Assembly (NCBI GenBank): GCA_026418675.1
Contig: JAOAAX010000005.1
Coordinates: forward strand, 13,789 to 77,788
Direction: 5' to 3'
Length of the DNA: 64,000 bases
Origin: Chthoniobacterales bacterium
GTDB lineage: Bacteria; Verrucomicrobiota; Verrucomicrobiia; Chthoniobacterales; DYNR01
This document shows positions 27,891 through 37,639 of the stretch, one piece after another. A model generated the notes under the pieces. The model had not been told where the DNA came from and searched no databases. It saw nothing but the letters and a program-made list of their open reading frames with translations. Positions within the stretch are counted from its first letter, which is position 1. Each line of letters opens with the position of its first letter. A program made the position numbers and the translations under genes.

Positions 27891-29981
27891 CTAGTTTCCA
27901 ATTCCTATCTGCTGCCAAAATTCCTCTGCTGTCTGATTTGGGGGATCGCTGGGGCGTCTTATTTTAAAAATGGTTGGCATATATCGCAGAAAAAGCAAAC
28001 GTCTTCGTGCGTCTGCGGCATCGCGTTCGTCCACAATTAATTCCCTGAGAGGGAAGCGCGATATTCCTACGATTGTTCGAAGCGCTGTTCCCGTAATATC
28101 AAGCTTTCTGAGTTTTGGGGCTTTAAGGCCGTTGATATCAACAAGACCTGTATTTGCGAGGTCCAGTTCTTTTAACTCTGGAGTTTGTGGCAGCCAGTCC
28201 AAAGTTTGAAGCGGCGATCCTCGGAGGCTTAGTCGTTCCAGACGTGAAAAGGTTATCTGTGGTTTTGATTCAAGCTGAAGGGTGCTGTCTAGAATTTCGA
28301 GACGTTTTAAGTTTTCGGCGACCAGTAATTCGAGTTGAAATTCCTTTGCTCCCTTTATCGTGAATTCTTTCAAAGGCAAGCTTTTTAATCCTTCCAACGA
28401 CATTTTCCCTGCCTCTTCTATTTGCAGAATCCAGCCATCTTCTTTGACCTCGACTGCAATTCTTGCATTATGCAATTTAGCTTCCTGCCATAGCGAATTA
28501 AATGCTTTTCGGAGCTCTTTTGGGACATGTTCCGGAAGTTGTACAAATGGAGCAATTTCCTCGTTGAGTGGGGCTTGTGTTTCTTGACTATCTATTTCAG
28601 CTTTACTTAGAATCAATTCGCTTTGTGTATCTGTTTGAGGATTAACAAGTTCTTTTATTTCGGATTTTTCTACCGGTGAAATTTGAGATTCGCTCCACTC
28701 CGAATCGTAAGGCGAAGCGTTGGGAGTAGGTTCAGGAGGAGTTAATTCAGTTTCATGGTTTAACGTGAAAGCGTTTTCTGTTAAAAGAGCCTCTGGATTT
28801 GTCTTATTTCCCACAGGGGCTTCTCTTGGGAATGAGGTATTGGAGGATTTGTGGAACCCAAAGTAGTTCTGCAAGATCCCAATACCTCCAAAAACCATTC
28901 CAACCAAAATCAGTGCAGTAACTAGCTCCAAGTTTATATGTTTGGTTTTTTTGGTCCTTCTAGAGGGTATGAGCAGTCCTGTTTTTTCATTTTGGCAGCT
29001 CTTTTTGGCTGTTGCTTGAATTTCTTCGAGCGCTTCAGCGAATTCGATCGCATTTCGATACCGTTTCCGAAAATCCTTTGAGAGGGCCCGCATACAGACT
29101 TCTTCCACATCTTCTCGAATGTTTGCTCGCACTTCGCGGATTTTTTTTCCTTTGTGTGCCTTTAAAAGCTCCAGATCAGTTGGAAGGTTCCCTGTGGCTT
29201 CAAAATACCGCCGTCCTGTTAAAAGCAGGTAGAAAATTGTTCCAAGGCTATAAACGTCGGCCCGCTCGTCCACCCGATCACTATCTTCAGCTTGTTCTGG
29301 GGCCAGATTCTCCGGGGTTCCTATGACTCTCCCGCTTCCTGCGAAAGGTCCTGGATGCCATCCGCGAATCTTTGCTAGGTCAAAGTCCACAATTACAGGG
29401 TAACCATTGCGGTTCAGCAGAATATTTCCGGGCTTTAAATCTCGATGAATCACTCCGCAGCGGTGCACCTTTCCCACTACCTGGCAAATTCTCAACATTA
29501 GGTCCACAGCAACCGCCTCCGGAAAACTCCTTCCAATTTGCGGACGGCATGCAGCCTCGGCAGCTTTTTCTATAACTGACAAATTCATCCATTTTTTTGA
29601 GATTCTCTCGATTAGCTCTTCGAGATGATGTTCTTGGCTTAGTGGAAGCAAGTTTTCCTGAATAGGCTCATAGACGAGATCACCGAGCGAGATTCCCTCC
29701 ACATATTCCAGAGCGAGGTAAACGCAATCCGCTTCCTCCCCAAATTCGACGAAACGGCGTATTCCGGGAAAGTTTAAACGTTTGAGAATTTCTGTTTCCC
29801 ATTGGAATTTCTGGAAGCCTTCCTCGAAATCGGCGCATTCCTTTTGTAGAATCTTGAGCGCCACACTGAATCCGTTTTCATCACGGGCTTTCCAGACAAC
29901 CCCCCTACTTCCTCTTCCTAACTGACCTTCAATCACAAACTTTCCAATTCGACGGCCAATTGGGATTTGTCCATCACTCAC
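27891..29981 (-). CDS. Membrane Ser/Thr protein kinase with C-terminal leucine-rich-repeat domain
   Basis: Kinase motifs VALK, HRDLKPGNILL, DFDLAK and APE. TM helix LVTALILVGMVFGGIGIL. C-terminal LRRs, for example LKELDLANTGLVDINGLKAPKLRKLDITGTAL. Confidence 0.88.
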   Translation of the reverse strand: MSDGQIPIGRRIGKFVIEGQLGRGSRGVVWKARDENGFSVALKILQKECADFEEGFQKFQWETEILKRLNFPGIRRFVEFGEEADCVYLALEYVEGISLGDLVYEPIQENLLPLSQEHHLEELIERISKKWMNLSVIEKAAEAACRPQIGRSFPEAVAVDLMLRICQVVGKVHRCGVIHRDLKPGNILLNRNGYPVIVDFDLAKIRGWHPGPFAGSGRVIGTPENLAPEQAEDSDRVDERADVYSLGTIFYLLLTGRRYFEATGNLPTDLELLKAHKGKKIREVRANIREDVEEVCMRALSKDFRKRYRNAIEFAEALEEIQATAKKSCQNEKTGLLIPSRRTKKTKHINLELVTALILVGMVFGGIGILQNYFGFHKSSNTSFPREAPVGNKTNPEALLTENAFTLNHETELTPPEPTPNASPYDSEWSESQISPVEKSEIKELVNPQTDTQSELILSKAEIDSQETQAPLNEEIAPFVQLPEHVPKELRKAFNSLWQEAKLHNARIAVEVKEDGWILQIEEAGKMSLEGLKSLPLKEFTIKGAKEFQLELLVAENLKRLEILDSTLQLESKPQITFSRLERLSLRGSPLQTLDWLPQTPELKELDLANTGLVDINGLKAPKLRKLDITGTALRTIVGISRFPLRELIVDERDAADARRRLLFLRYMPTIFKIRRPSDPPNQTAEEFWQQIGIGN

Positions 29982-30102
29982 AATTTCAAGCTACCAATCT
30001 TAAAAGATTTATCATCTTCGAAGGAGCATTTGCTCCCCTTCTTCCCTTTCAACACAATTTCAGCTTAAATTCCCGCGATCTCAATCTCTACATCTTCTTC
30101 TC

Positions 30103-30843
30103 ATGCCAAAACTTTCCATCAAACTCGAAGAGCTCGATCAGAACCACCCGATTGAGCAAGAGGAATACAAACGCATCCTGAAAGACTACCAGCTTCGGTT
30201 GCTTGAACGCCAACTTGCTCTAAAAAATACCAAGCGATCTGTTATAGTGATTTTTGAAGGCCCGGATGCTGCTGGCAAAGGCGGGGCAATTAAGCGCATT
30301 GTTGAGCGTCTCGATCCCCGTTATACACGGGTTTATTCCATCGTTAAGCCTACACCTGAAGAATACCAACACCACTACCTTTGGCGGTTTTGGACGAAGC
30401 TCCCCGCATATGGAACTATGGCTATCTTCGACCGGTCGTGGTATGGGCGTGTTCTTGTTGAGCGTGTTGAAGGTTTTGCCACTGAGCGCGAGTGGAAGCG
30501 TGCCTATCGCGAAATCAACGAATTCGAGCGTTGGCTTACCGATGACGGAGCCGGCATCGTGAAAATATACCTCCATATCACAAAAGACGAGCAACTTGTT
30601 CGTTTCCGTGCCCGAGAAGCAGACCCTTACAAACATTGGAAAATTACCGATGAAGATTGGCGCAACCGCAAAAAGTGGGATGAACATGTAAAGGCGGCCG
30701 AGGAGATGTTTGAGCGCACGCATACGGATTACGCACCTTGGCTCGTTATTCCTGCCAATTACAAATGGTATGCTCGGATCGAATCTGTAAAAGCTGTTTA
30801 CGAATGCATCAATCGGCTACTCGAGGAAGAAGACATTGACTAA
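30103..30843 (+). CDS. ppk2: Polyphosphate kinase 2 family protein
   Basis: FEGPDAAGKGGAIKR Walker A and RFWTKLPAYGTMAIFDRSWY; single-domain size of 246 aa. Confidence 0.88.
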   Translation: MPKLSIKLEELDQNHPIEQEEYKRILKDYQLRLLERQLALKNTKRSVIVIFEGPDAAGKGGAIKRIVERLDPRYTRVYSIVKPTPEEYQHHYLWRFWTKLPAYGTMAIFDRSWYGRVLVERVEGFATEREWKRAYREINEFERWLTDDGAGIVKIYLHITKDEQLVRFRAREADPYKHWKITDEDWRNRKKWDEHVKAAEEMFERTHTDYAPWLVIPANYKWYARIESVKAVYECINRLLEEEDID

Positions 30844-31377
30844 TTTCCGGAAAATAAACCTTTCTGCCGGAATTGTTCGAACGAACTCGTTAGATGCGAT
30901 TATTATCTGTCCGAGTTGGGAGAATTTGGCTCAACATCCCATAGTTCCCAGAGAATAAATTCTGCTCATTGGAAGCCAAAGTGGCCGAAATTATCTGAAA
31001 TGGACCAGAAGGCATAGGTGCCAATGTGAGGGTTTTCTCTTTGGTAGGGACTGGAGAAAACCTAAACGCCCTCGCACCTGCCCATGCACTTTGCTTTTTC
31101 GGACACGTTCATCCGGGTTTCTTCACATTCTGCGGATGATGCGGATGACGCCTTGAGCAAACTGCGGCGAGTTCTTCAGTCTTTAGTAATGCGAGGCGCT
31201 CGAACGGTCAGAAGGGCTCATCTTCGGAATCGTTGTTGGAGATGTGTGGATTTTCTATGCCCTTTCCCACTTTGCCGGAATACTTCGCTCCCCCCTCCGT
31301 TTTCTGGTTAAAAAAAATGTGTAAGCACGCTGTAACTATCTCCGGAAGTTAAAAGACTGAATAGGGGGTGATATGCT

Positions 31378-31409
31378 AAAAAAAAAGCGGACTTTAAAGT
31401 CCGCTTTTT
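31378..31409. terminator. Bidirectional rho-independent terminator between ppk2 and tal
   Basis: Stem gcggact (31387-31393) / agtccgc (31398-31404), flanked by an A-run on the left and a T-run on the right. Lies 33 nt past the tal stop. Confidence 0.8.
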
Positions 31410-31441
31410 ATGGAAATAGCAGGTGGTTTCGTGATGTTTGC

Positions 31442-32398
31442 TTACTTTAGTTCTTCTCCAACGAGTTGCTCAAGTTTACGAATATCTGCGGCGAAACGGC
31501 GGATGCCATCGGCCAGCCTATCAGTTGCCATTGCGTCCTCATTGAGCAGCCAACGAAAGTTTTTTTCATCAATTTTAATCTTTTCGACATCAGAGGCTGC
31601 GGCGTCTTCTGGCGAAAGTTTGCGGGTGACGGGGTCTGAGCTGGAGTGGAGTTTTTCAAGCAGCTCTGGACTGATCGTGAGCAGATCGCAGCCGGCCAGC
31701 TCCACAATTTCCTCGGTATTTCGGAAGCTAGCGCCCATGACTTCCGTGGTGTAGCCGAACTTTTTGTAGTAGGAGTAAATTTTTTTGACGGACTGCACGC
31801 CGGGGTCGTCAGCCCCTTTGAAATCTTTGCCAGTTGTAGCTTTGTAGTAATCGAGAATTCGTCCTACGAATGGAGAAATCAACTTTGCACCGACTTCCGC
31901 GCAGGCAACTGCTTGCACGAGCGAAAACAACAATGTCATGTTGCAATTTATTCCCTCCTTCTGAAGGACTTCGGCAGCCCGAACACCTTCCCATGTGGAT
32001 GCTATCTTGATCAGGATTCGTTCGCGCGGAATGCCTCGCTTTTCATAGAGCCCAATTAGTTCTCGCGCTTTTTGAATCGTTCCATCAACGTCAAAGGAAA
32101 GCCGGGCATCTACCTCGGTGGAAACTCGCCCTGGAACGATTTTCAAAATTTCGCAACCAAATTCGACGAGTAAGTCATCAATTATGCGTGCGATTAAGGC
32201 GTCGCGCGTAAGAGGGGAAGTGCGGTTATTGGCGACCGAGCGTTTGACAAGTTCACGATACTCGGGCTGTTGAGCCGCCTTACAAATTAGAGTTGGATTG
32301 GTTGTTGCATCCTGAGGGGAGTATTTCCGCATCGTTTCGAAATCTCCCGTATCTGCAACAACGGTGGTGTATTGCTTCAGCTGTTCCAATTGGTTCAT
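31442..32398 (-). CDS. tal: Transaldolase
   Basis: [38 protein letters not shown]. By alignment to the TalB N-terminus the second Met (32398) is the likely start. The ORF track start is 32440. Confidence 0.93.
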   Translation of the reverse strand: MNQLEQLKQYTTVVADTGDFETMRKYSPQDATTNPTLICKAAQQPEYRELVKRSVANNRTSPLTRDALIARIIDDLLVEFGCEILKIVPGRVSTEVDARLSFDVDGTIQKARELIGLYEKRGIPRERILIKIASTWEGVRAAEVLQKEGINCNMTLLFSLVQAVACAEVGAKLISPFVGRILDYYKATTGKDFKGADDPGVQSVKKIYSYYKKFGYTTEVMGASFRNTEEIVELAGCDLLTISPELLEKLHSSSDPVTRKLSPEDAAASDVEKIKIDEKNFRWLLNEDAMATDRLADGIRRFAADIRKLEQLVGEELK

Positions 32399-32592
32399 AG
32401 GGCTGCTCAAGTTTTTAACATTATCTGACCTATTCTGCAATTGGTTTACTCGGGTTTGGTTTTCCCTTTAATTGGTTCTGTTGGTTAAGGTGCTCTCGAG
32501 AAACGCAGGTGGAATTATTTAGCGGCTTTTTATTTCTAAAATTTCTAAAAATAAGTAGTTTTTTTGATTGGTGGAGATTGGGGAGAGTGCAG

Positions 32593-33033
32593 TCATGAAG
32601 TTATGCGTCGGAGCTCTGCTAGTCGCTTTTGCAAATTTTGCTCAGCGCAATCGATTACTTCCCTTAGTTTTTCGGCGGAGATGCACTCCGCGCCGAAGGA
32701 AGTGACGGTCATGCGCTCCATGCCATCATTGGTTGCAACGATAATCGAGTGTTCCTGAGAATACTTAGCTACCAACCGTTCAATGATTGCGTCTGCTGTA
32801 AGTCCTTTGCGCGAATAAAATACCTGCAATCCTTCCGTGACGTGTTCCGATTGGTTTTTTCCGCCGCTGCCATCAAAAACCAGCACGACGTGAACACCGG
32901 TATTATCGGAGTAACGGAGAAGTAAATCTTTAATTTTCTCTCTTGCACTCAAGCCGCTACGAGCTTGAGCTGCCTTCAGCTCTGGCCAGGCATGAATTAC
33001 GCTATGGCCATCGACAATCAGCACCTTTGCCAT
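32593..33033 (-). CDS. NYN domain protein, YacP-like
   Basis: MAKVLIVDGHSVIHAWPELK N-terminus, typical of the YacP/DUF901 NYN family; 146 aa. Confidence 0.7.
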   Translation of the reverse strand: MAKVLIVDGHSVIHAWPELKAAQARSGLSAREKIKDLLLRYSDNTGVHVVLVFDGSGGKNQSEHVTEGLQVFYSRKGLTADAIIERLVAKYSQEHSIIVATNDGMERMTVTSFGAECISAEKLREVIDCAEQNLQKRLAELRRITS

Positions 33034-33317
33034 ACTTGGAGGTTGGAGGGTATGTTGCTTTATTCTAAAACGAAGCTACAGACGAATCCACAGGAGGTGG
33101 AACCGTTAACGAGGGAGAGTGAGAAGGATGTCTTTTTTTATAGTGCTACTTTAACTTTTAGGGAGAGCCAGAAAATAGGATAAACGACATATTTAAACAC
33201 AGAGAAGAATTAATAATTCTAGCAGCAAACAGTGAAATGGCGAAATTTGTTGATGGAGAAAGCGAACTTTCTTATGAGTTGTAGTGAAAATTGCTTACTG
33301 TAATTTGTTAGTCTTTT

Positions 33318-35309
33318 ATGGGGAAGAGAGAGTTTTCGCCGAGGGACTTGGGTGATTGGTTCCGATTAATACTTGGAGGGAAGCGCTCTCCAACCGATCC
33401 CGGTGTTTTCCATAAACTCTCCCTCATTGCAGTTCTGGCGTGGGTTGGGCTAGGTGCGGATGGTATTTCTTCGGCATGTTATGGGCCGGGCGAGGCATTT
33501 AAGGCTCTGGGGGAACATCAGTATTTGGCAGTAATATTAGCGCTGATGATAGTGGTAACTGTATTTGTCATCAGTGCGAGTTACATGCAAATAGTGGAGC
33601 ATTTCCCAACTGGTGGTGGAGGTTATCTAGTAGCCAGCAAGCTGCTGTCACCACAAGCTGGAGCCATCGCGGGAAGTGCTTTGCTTGTCGATTATGTCCT
33701 AACCATAGCTACTTCAATTGCTAGTGGAATGGATGCAGTCTTTAGCTTGCTTCCAGTTGAATGGAGCGGATTCAAGTTGTGGGTGGCGTCGGCTTTGCTC
33801 CTTGGAATGGTCGTTTTGAATTTGCGGGGAGTGAAGGAGTCAGTAGTGCCAATTGTGCCTGTTTTTTTTCTGTTCCTCTTAACTCACGTGGTTGCTATTC
33901 TTGCAGCAGTAGTTATTAATTTTGATCAATTTGGTGAAATTTTTCGACAATGTGCGGGTGATTTCTCAAGAACAAGGGAAGAAATTGGCTTGATGGGAGT
34001 TTTGGTGCTGCTTCTGCATGCCTATAGTTTAGGGGGAAGTTCCTATACGGGTATCGAAGCTGTGAGTAATAGCATGGGGTCTTTGCGTGAACCGCGTGTG
34101 GAGACTGCGAAGCGGACGATGACGTATATGGCTGTTAGTCTTGCTGTGATGGCAGGGGGGTTGATTTTAGGTTTTCTCCTGATGCGGGTTTCCCAAGGTG
34201 GGGAAGGGAAAACCTTAAATGCTGTTTTTTTTGAAACATTGACGAGAGAGTGGCCTGGGGGAGGAATTTTTTTGACAGTGGCACTAATTTCTGAGGCGCT
34301 TATTCTTCTGGTTGCTGCGCAAACGGGGTTTATGGGAGGGCCGGCTGTTTTGGCTAACATGGCATTGGATCGTTGGATGCCCAATCGCTTTTCGCTGCTT
34401 AGCGACCGGCTCGTTACCCAAAATGGAATTATGGGGATGGGACTTTCGGCCTTCGTTGTGCTGTGGTTAACGGGTGGATTAGTATCTACTCTTGTTGTTC
34501 TCTATGCAATCAATGTTTTTGTTACTTTTTTCCTTTCCCAACTGGGAATGGTGAGGTTGTGGATTAAGTCTCGTTCCAGTGATTCGGCTTGGCTTAAGCA
34601 CCTTATGATAAACGGAGTTGGGTTGGTTTTAACGACGATTATTCTCGTAGCGACGGTATGCTTAAAGTTTTTCGAAGGTGGTTGGCTAACGATTGTGATT
34701 ACAGGAACCCTCATTGGCCTCGCTTTTCTGGTTCGGAAACACTACCGAACCACCCTCTTGGCTCTGAAAAGATTGGATTCGCTCGTTGAGGCAGTTGGCT
34801 CTGCTCAAAATACCGTGGGAGTTGACCAATCCTTGGCCACGGAATGCCCACCCAATGAACGAACTGCGGCGATCCTCGTCAATGGCTATTCCGGCCTGGG
34901 CCTACATTGCCTCTTTCAAGTGTTGAAGTTGTTTCCTGGTCAATTCAAAAATTTTATTTTTCTGCAGGTTGGATTGGTGGATGCTGGTAAGTTTAAGGGA
35001 ATTAAAGACATACAAAAACTGGAAAGAAAGGTGAAGAAGGAATTGGGGCATTATGTTTCTTACATGCGCTCCCAAGGGTTCTGGGCAACAAGCTTTTACT
35101 CGATAGGCAACGATGTTGTGGATGAAGTGGAGCGGTTGGTTATGAAAGTGAACGAAAAATTTCCCAACTCTATGTTGTTTGGAAGCCAGTTAGTTTTTGA
35201 AAAGGAAACAATTTGGACGCGGCTTTTGCACAATTATACTGCTTTTTCGATACAACGTCGGCTTTACCAGCGCGGTTTGCCAATGATCATTCTCCCAATT
35301 CGTGTGTAA
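33318..35309 (+). CDS. APC superfamily permease with a C-terminal cytoplasmic domain of about 200 aa
   Basis: About 12 hydrophobic helices. N-terminal LGADGISSACYGPGEAF resembles the KimA-type motif. A soluble tail follows from about residue 470. Confidence 0.75.
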   Translation: MGKREFSPRDLGDWFRLILGGKRSPTDPGVFHKLSLIAVLAWVGLGADGISSACYGPGEAFKALGEHQYLAVILALMIVVTVFVISASYMQIVEHFPTGGGGYLVASKLLSPQAGAIAGSALLVDYVLTIATSIASGMDAVFSLLPVEWSGFKLWVASALLLGMVVLNLRGVKESVVPIVPVFFLFLLTHVVAILAAVVINFDQFGEIFRQCAGDFSRTREEIGLMGVLVLLLHAYSLGGSSYTGIEAVSNSMGSLREPRVETAKRTMTYMAVSLAVMAGGLILGFLLMRVSQGGEGKTLNAVFFETLTREWPGGGIFLTVALISEALILLVAAQTGFMGGPAVLANMALDRWMPNRFSLLSDRLVTQNGIMGMGLSAFVVLWLTGGLVSTLVVLYAINVFVTFFLSQLGMVRLWIKSRSSDSAWLKHLMINGVGLVLTTIILVATVCLKFFEGGWLTIVITGTLIGLAFLVRKHYRTTLLALKRLDSLVEAVGSAQNTVGVDQSLATECPPNERTAAILVNGYSGLGLHCLFQVLKLFPGQFKNFIFLQVGLVDAGKFKGIKDIQKLERKVKKELGHYVSYMRSQGFWATSFYSIGNDVVDEVERLVMKVNEKFPNSMLFGSQLVFEKETIWTRLLHNYTAFSIQRRLYQRGLPMIILPIRV

Positions 35310-35338
35310 AGGGCTGTTTAAAGGTGTGGTTATGAGAT

Positions 35339-37135
35339 CTAGAAGAGCTCGCTATACCTTTGTTGAGCATGAGATTCGGAGAGGGAAAATACACTTGCGT
35401 GGTCGCTGAGACTCATGGCCTCGAGGGCCAAAGCTTGGCACTCAACAAAAGAAAGGGAGCAAATGGCTTTTTTTACACGCGGCACGAGGCTTGGGGCTGT
35501 GCTCAACTCGTCGACCCCTAAGCCAACGAGGAGGGGGATAAGGCAGATGTCGCCTGCCATTTCGCCACAGACACCGCACCAAATACCTGCATCGTGAGCA
35601 GCTTCAGTAGTGATGTGAATAAGTCGCAAGATTGCTGGGTGAGCTGGCTGGTAGAGGTGGGCGATGCGTTCATTGACGCGATCTACCGCGATTGCATATT
35701 GGATTAAATCGTTTGTGCCGATGCTGAAGAAGCTTACTTCCTTGGCTAGCCATTCCGCACTTAAGGCTGCGCTTGGCAGCTCAATCATGGTTCCGAGTTC
35801 CATTTCTGGCTGGAAGGAAGCTCCCTCCGCGGATAGCTCCCGCTTACATTCCTCGATGATTTTTTTAGCGGCCCGCAATTCTTCCACACCGGAGATCATC
35901 GGTAACATCATCCGAACATTCCCATACACTCCTGCTCGGAGGATTGCTCGGATTTGGGGTTTGAAGATTTCTGGGTGCTCGAGGCAATATCGAATCGCGC
36001 GGCAACCGAGAAAAGGATTCTGTTCCTTAGGCAGGTCGAGGCTTTCCGTAGATTTGTCGCCTCCGATGTCCAACGTCCGGATGATAACGCTGTGGGGTTT
36101 ACACCGTTCCGCAACTCGAGCGTAATTTTTGAATTGTTCTTCTTCGTCGGGTGGGTGTTTGCGATTCAAGTAAAGGAACTCTGTGCGGTAGAGGCCAATG
36201 CCTTCTGCACCATAACGGAGGACTTCTTCGGCTTCTTCGACCAATTCGATATTAGCAGAGAGGATGATGCGGCGCCCATCTATGGTTTGGGCTGGCATTT
36301 CACGCAGTGTGCCGAGCCGTTCCTCTACTTCTTCCTTTTCAACTTCAATGCGGCCGTAACGTTCTAAGGTTTCGATGGAGGGGTTAAGGACGAGAGTTCC
36401 GGTGTAGCCGTCAATGAGGAGATCATCTCCGCTGGCGATATGTCGGCAGAGTTCAGGGATGCCGACGACGGCGGGAATGTCCAATGCTCGAGCCATGATG
36501 GCTGTATGCGAGGTTTTGGAGCCAGCTTCCGTGGCGAAGCCCAAAACAAGCTCGCGATTCATCATGGCGGTATCGGAGGGGGTAAGGTCGTGAGCAACGA
36601 CGATGTGCGTGCGGTCGCTTGTTCCAATAGCTTTGGACTCCTTACCAAGGAGATGGCGGATTACACGCCGAGCTACATCTCGGATGTCCACGACTCGTTC
36701 CCGCAGATAGGGGTCGTCAATAGCTGCAAGGGAACGGCAGTATTTCTCGGCAACTCGATGGAAACAGGTTTCGATGTTGAATCGGTCTTTTTCTAGAGTT
36801 CGAAGGACTTCATCAATGAGAGTCCGATCTTCAACGACAAGCAAATGTGCATCGAAGATCCCGGCATCTGCGGCGCCAATCGAAGAAGCAATTTTCTCCT
36901 GCAATTCAAGAAGCTCGGCACGTGTGGCAATAAGAGCTGTTTCGAACCGAGCGATTTCGGTCGGCATTTCCTCGGGTTGGATTTTCCGAAAGGGGACTTC
37001 CTCCTCCTCAACCCAATGAACGAGTGCCTCCCCATGGGCGATTCCTGGCGCTACTGGAATTCCTCGGAAAAACTTCTCCGGCCCTTTCGAACCATACCGC
37101 TTCGGAGAATTTTCAAAACTGTTTGCCACAATCAA
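35339..37135 (-). CDS. ptsI: Phosphoenolpyruvate--protein phosphotransferase (PTS Enzyme I)
   Basis: Active-site His region GSKTSHTAIMARALDIPAVVG and the PEP-binding motif FFSIGTNDLIQY. Confidence 0.93.
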   Translation of the reverse strand: MIVANSFENSPKRYGSKGPEKFFRGIPVAPGIAHGEALVHWVEEEEVPFRKIQPEEMPTEIARFETALIATRAELLELQEKIASSIGAADAGIFDAHLLVVEDRTLIDEVLRTLEKDRFNIETCFHRVAEKYCRSLAAIDDPYLRERVVDIRDVARRVIRHLLGKESKAIGTSDRTHIVVAHDLTPSDTAMMNRELVLGFATEAGSKTSHTAIMARALDIPAVVGIPELCRHIASGDDLLIDGYTGTLVLNPSIETLERYGRIEVEKEEVEERLGTLREMPAQTIDGRRIILSANIELVEEAEEVLRYGAEGIGLYRTEFLYLNRKHPPDEEEQFKNYARVAERCKPHSVIIRTLDIGGDKSTESLDLPKEQNPFLGCRAIRYCLEHPEIFKPQIRAILRAGVYGNVRMMLPMISGVEELRAAKKIIEECKRELSAEGASFQPEMELGTMIELPSAALSAEWLAKEVSFFSIGTNDLIQYAIAVDRVNERIAHLYQPAHPAILRLIHITTEAAHDAGIWCGVCGEMAGDICLIPLLVGLGVDELSTAPSLVPRVKKAICSLSFVECQALALEAMSLSDHASVFSLSESHAQQRYSELF

Positions 37136-37292
37136 GACCTAAAAAAACCCCCCATGAAAATCAAGGAAAATCCCTTGCTTTGCGAACTCTAGAGGTGTTT
37201 TTTAAAGAGGATAAAATTATCCTTAAACTGATGCGTATTCTTTTTCTCCCTTGAAATTGGGGTGAAGTTTCTGCAAATTTCACGCTTTATCA

Positions 37293-37517
37293 ATGAAAGC
37301 AGAAATTCATCCCGACTACTACGAAACGACGATTACCTGCACATGTGGAACTGTTTATCACACCCGATCCACACGTCAGAATATCAAGATAGGTATTTGT
37401 GCTAACTGCCACCCATTTTTTACCGGTGAGCAGAAATTTGTGGATACTGCTGGCAGAGTTGAGAAATTTGCCCGCCGTTATGGCAGTGTGAAGGCTGCGC
37501 GCCGCAAGAAACTCTAG
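37293..37517 (+). CDS. rpmE: 50S ribosomal protein L31
   Basis: MKAEIHPDYY...CTCG...CANCHPFFTG, the Zn-ribbon type A form. Confidence 0.95.
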   Translation: MKAEIHPDYYETTITCTCGTVYHTRSTRQNIKIGICANCHPFFTGEQKFVDTAGRVEKFARRYGSVKAARRKKL

Positions 37518-37539
37518 CTTTTCTCCCCCGAAGGAAAAA

Positions 37540-37581
37540 GACGGCAGCCGGAGAAGTGTCGGCTTCCGTCTTTTCGTTTTT
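37540..37581 (+). terminator. Rho-independent terminator after rpmE
   Basis: 11-bp stem gacggcagccg / cggcttccgtc with one mismatch, followed by TTTTCGTTTTT. Confidence 0.7.
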
Positions 37582-37639
37582 CAGGATAAATTTATCGTGA
37601 TTAGACGAGCCATTATTTGCGAACAACTCTGAGGTGGTG

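Noticed and set aside
27601-27918. 105-aa minus-strand ORF bridging the trpS start and the kinase stop.
   Set aside because: It overlaps the well-supported trpS N-terminus (HIGH motif) in another frame and has no features of its own.
31084-31311. 75-aa + strand ORF in the ppk2-tal gap.
   Set aside because: It has no RBS-like sequence, no recognisable motif and an Arg/Cys-rich composition. I treat it as non-coding and report the gap itself as a finding.
31387-31404. The string aaagtccgc resembles the conserved GAAAGUCCGG core of RNase P RNA.
   Set aside because: It is simply one arm of a perfect palindromic terminator hairpin. None of the other RNase P conserved regions are nearby.
35339-37135. 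PTS Enzyme I with no HPr, EIIA or other PTS gene nearby, considered as an anomalous orphan.
   Set aside because: Split PTS and nitrogen-PTS components are common in bacteria without sugar PTS permeases. This cannot be judged without the rest of the genome.
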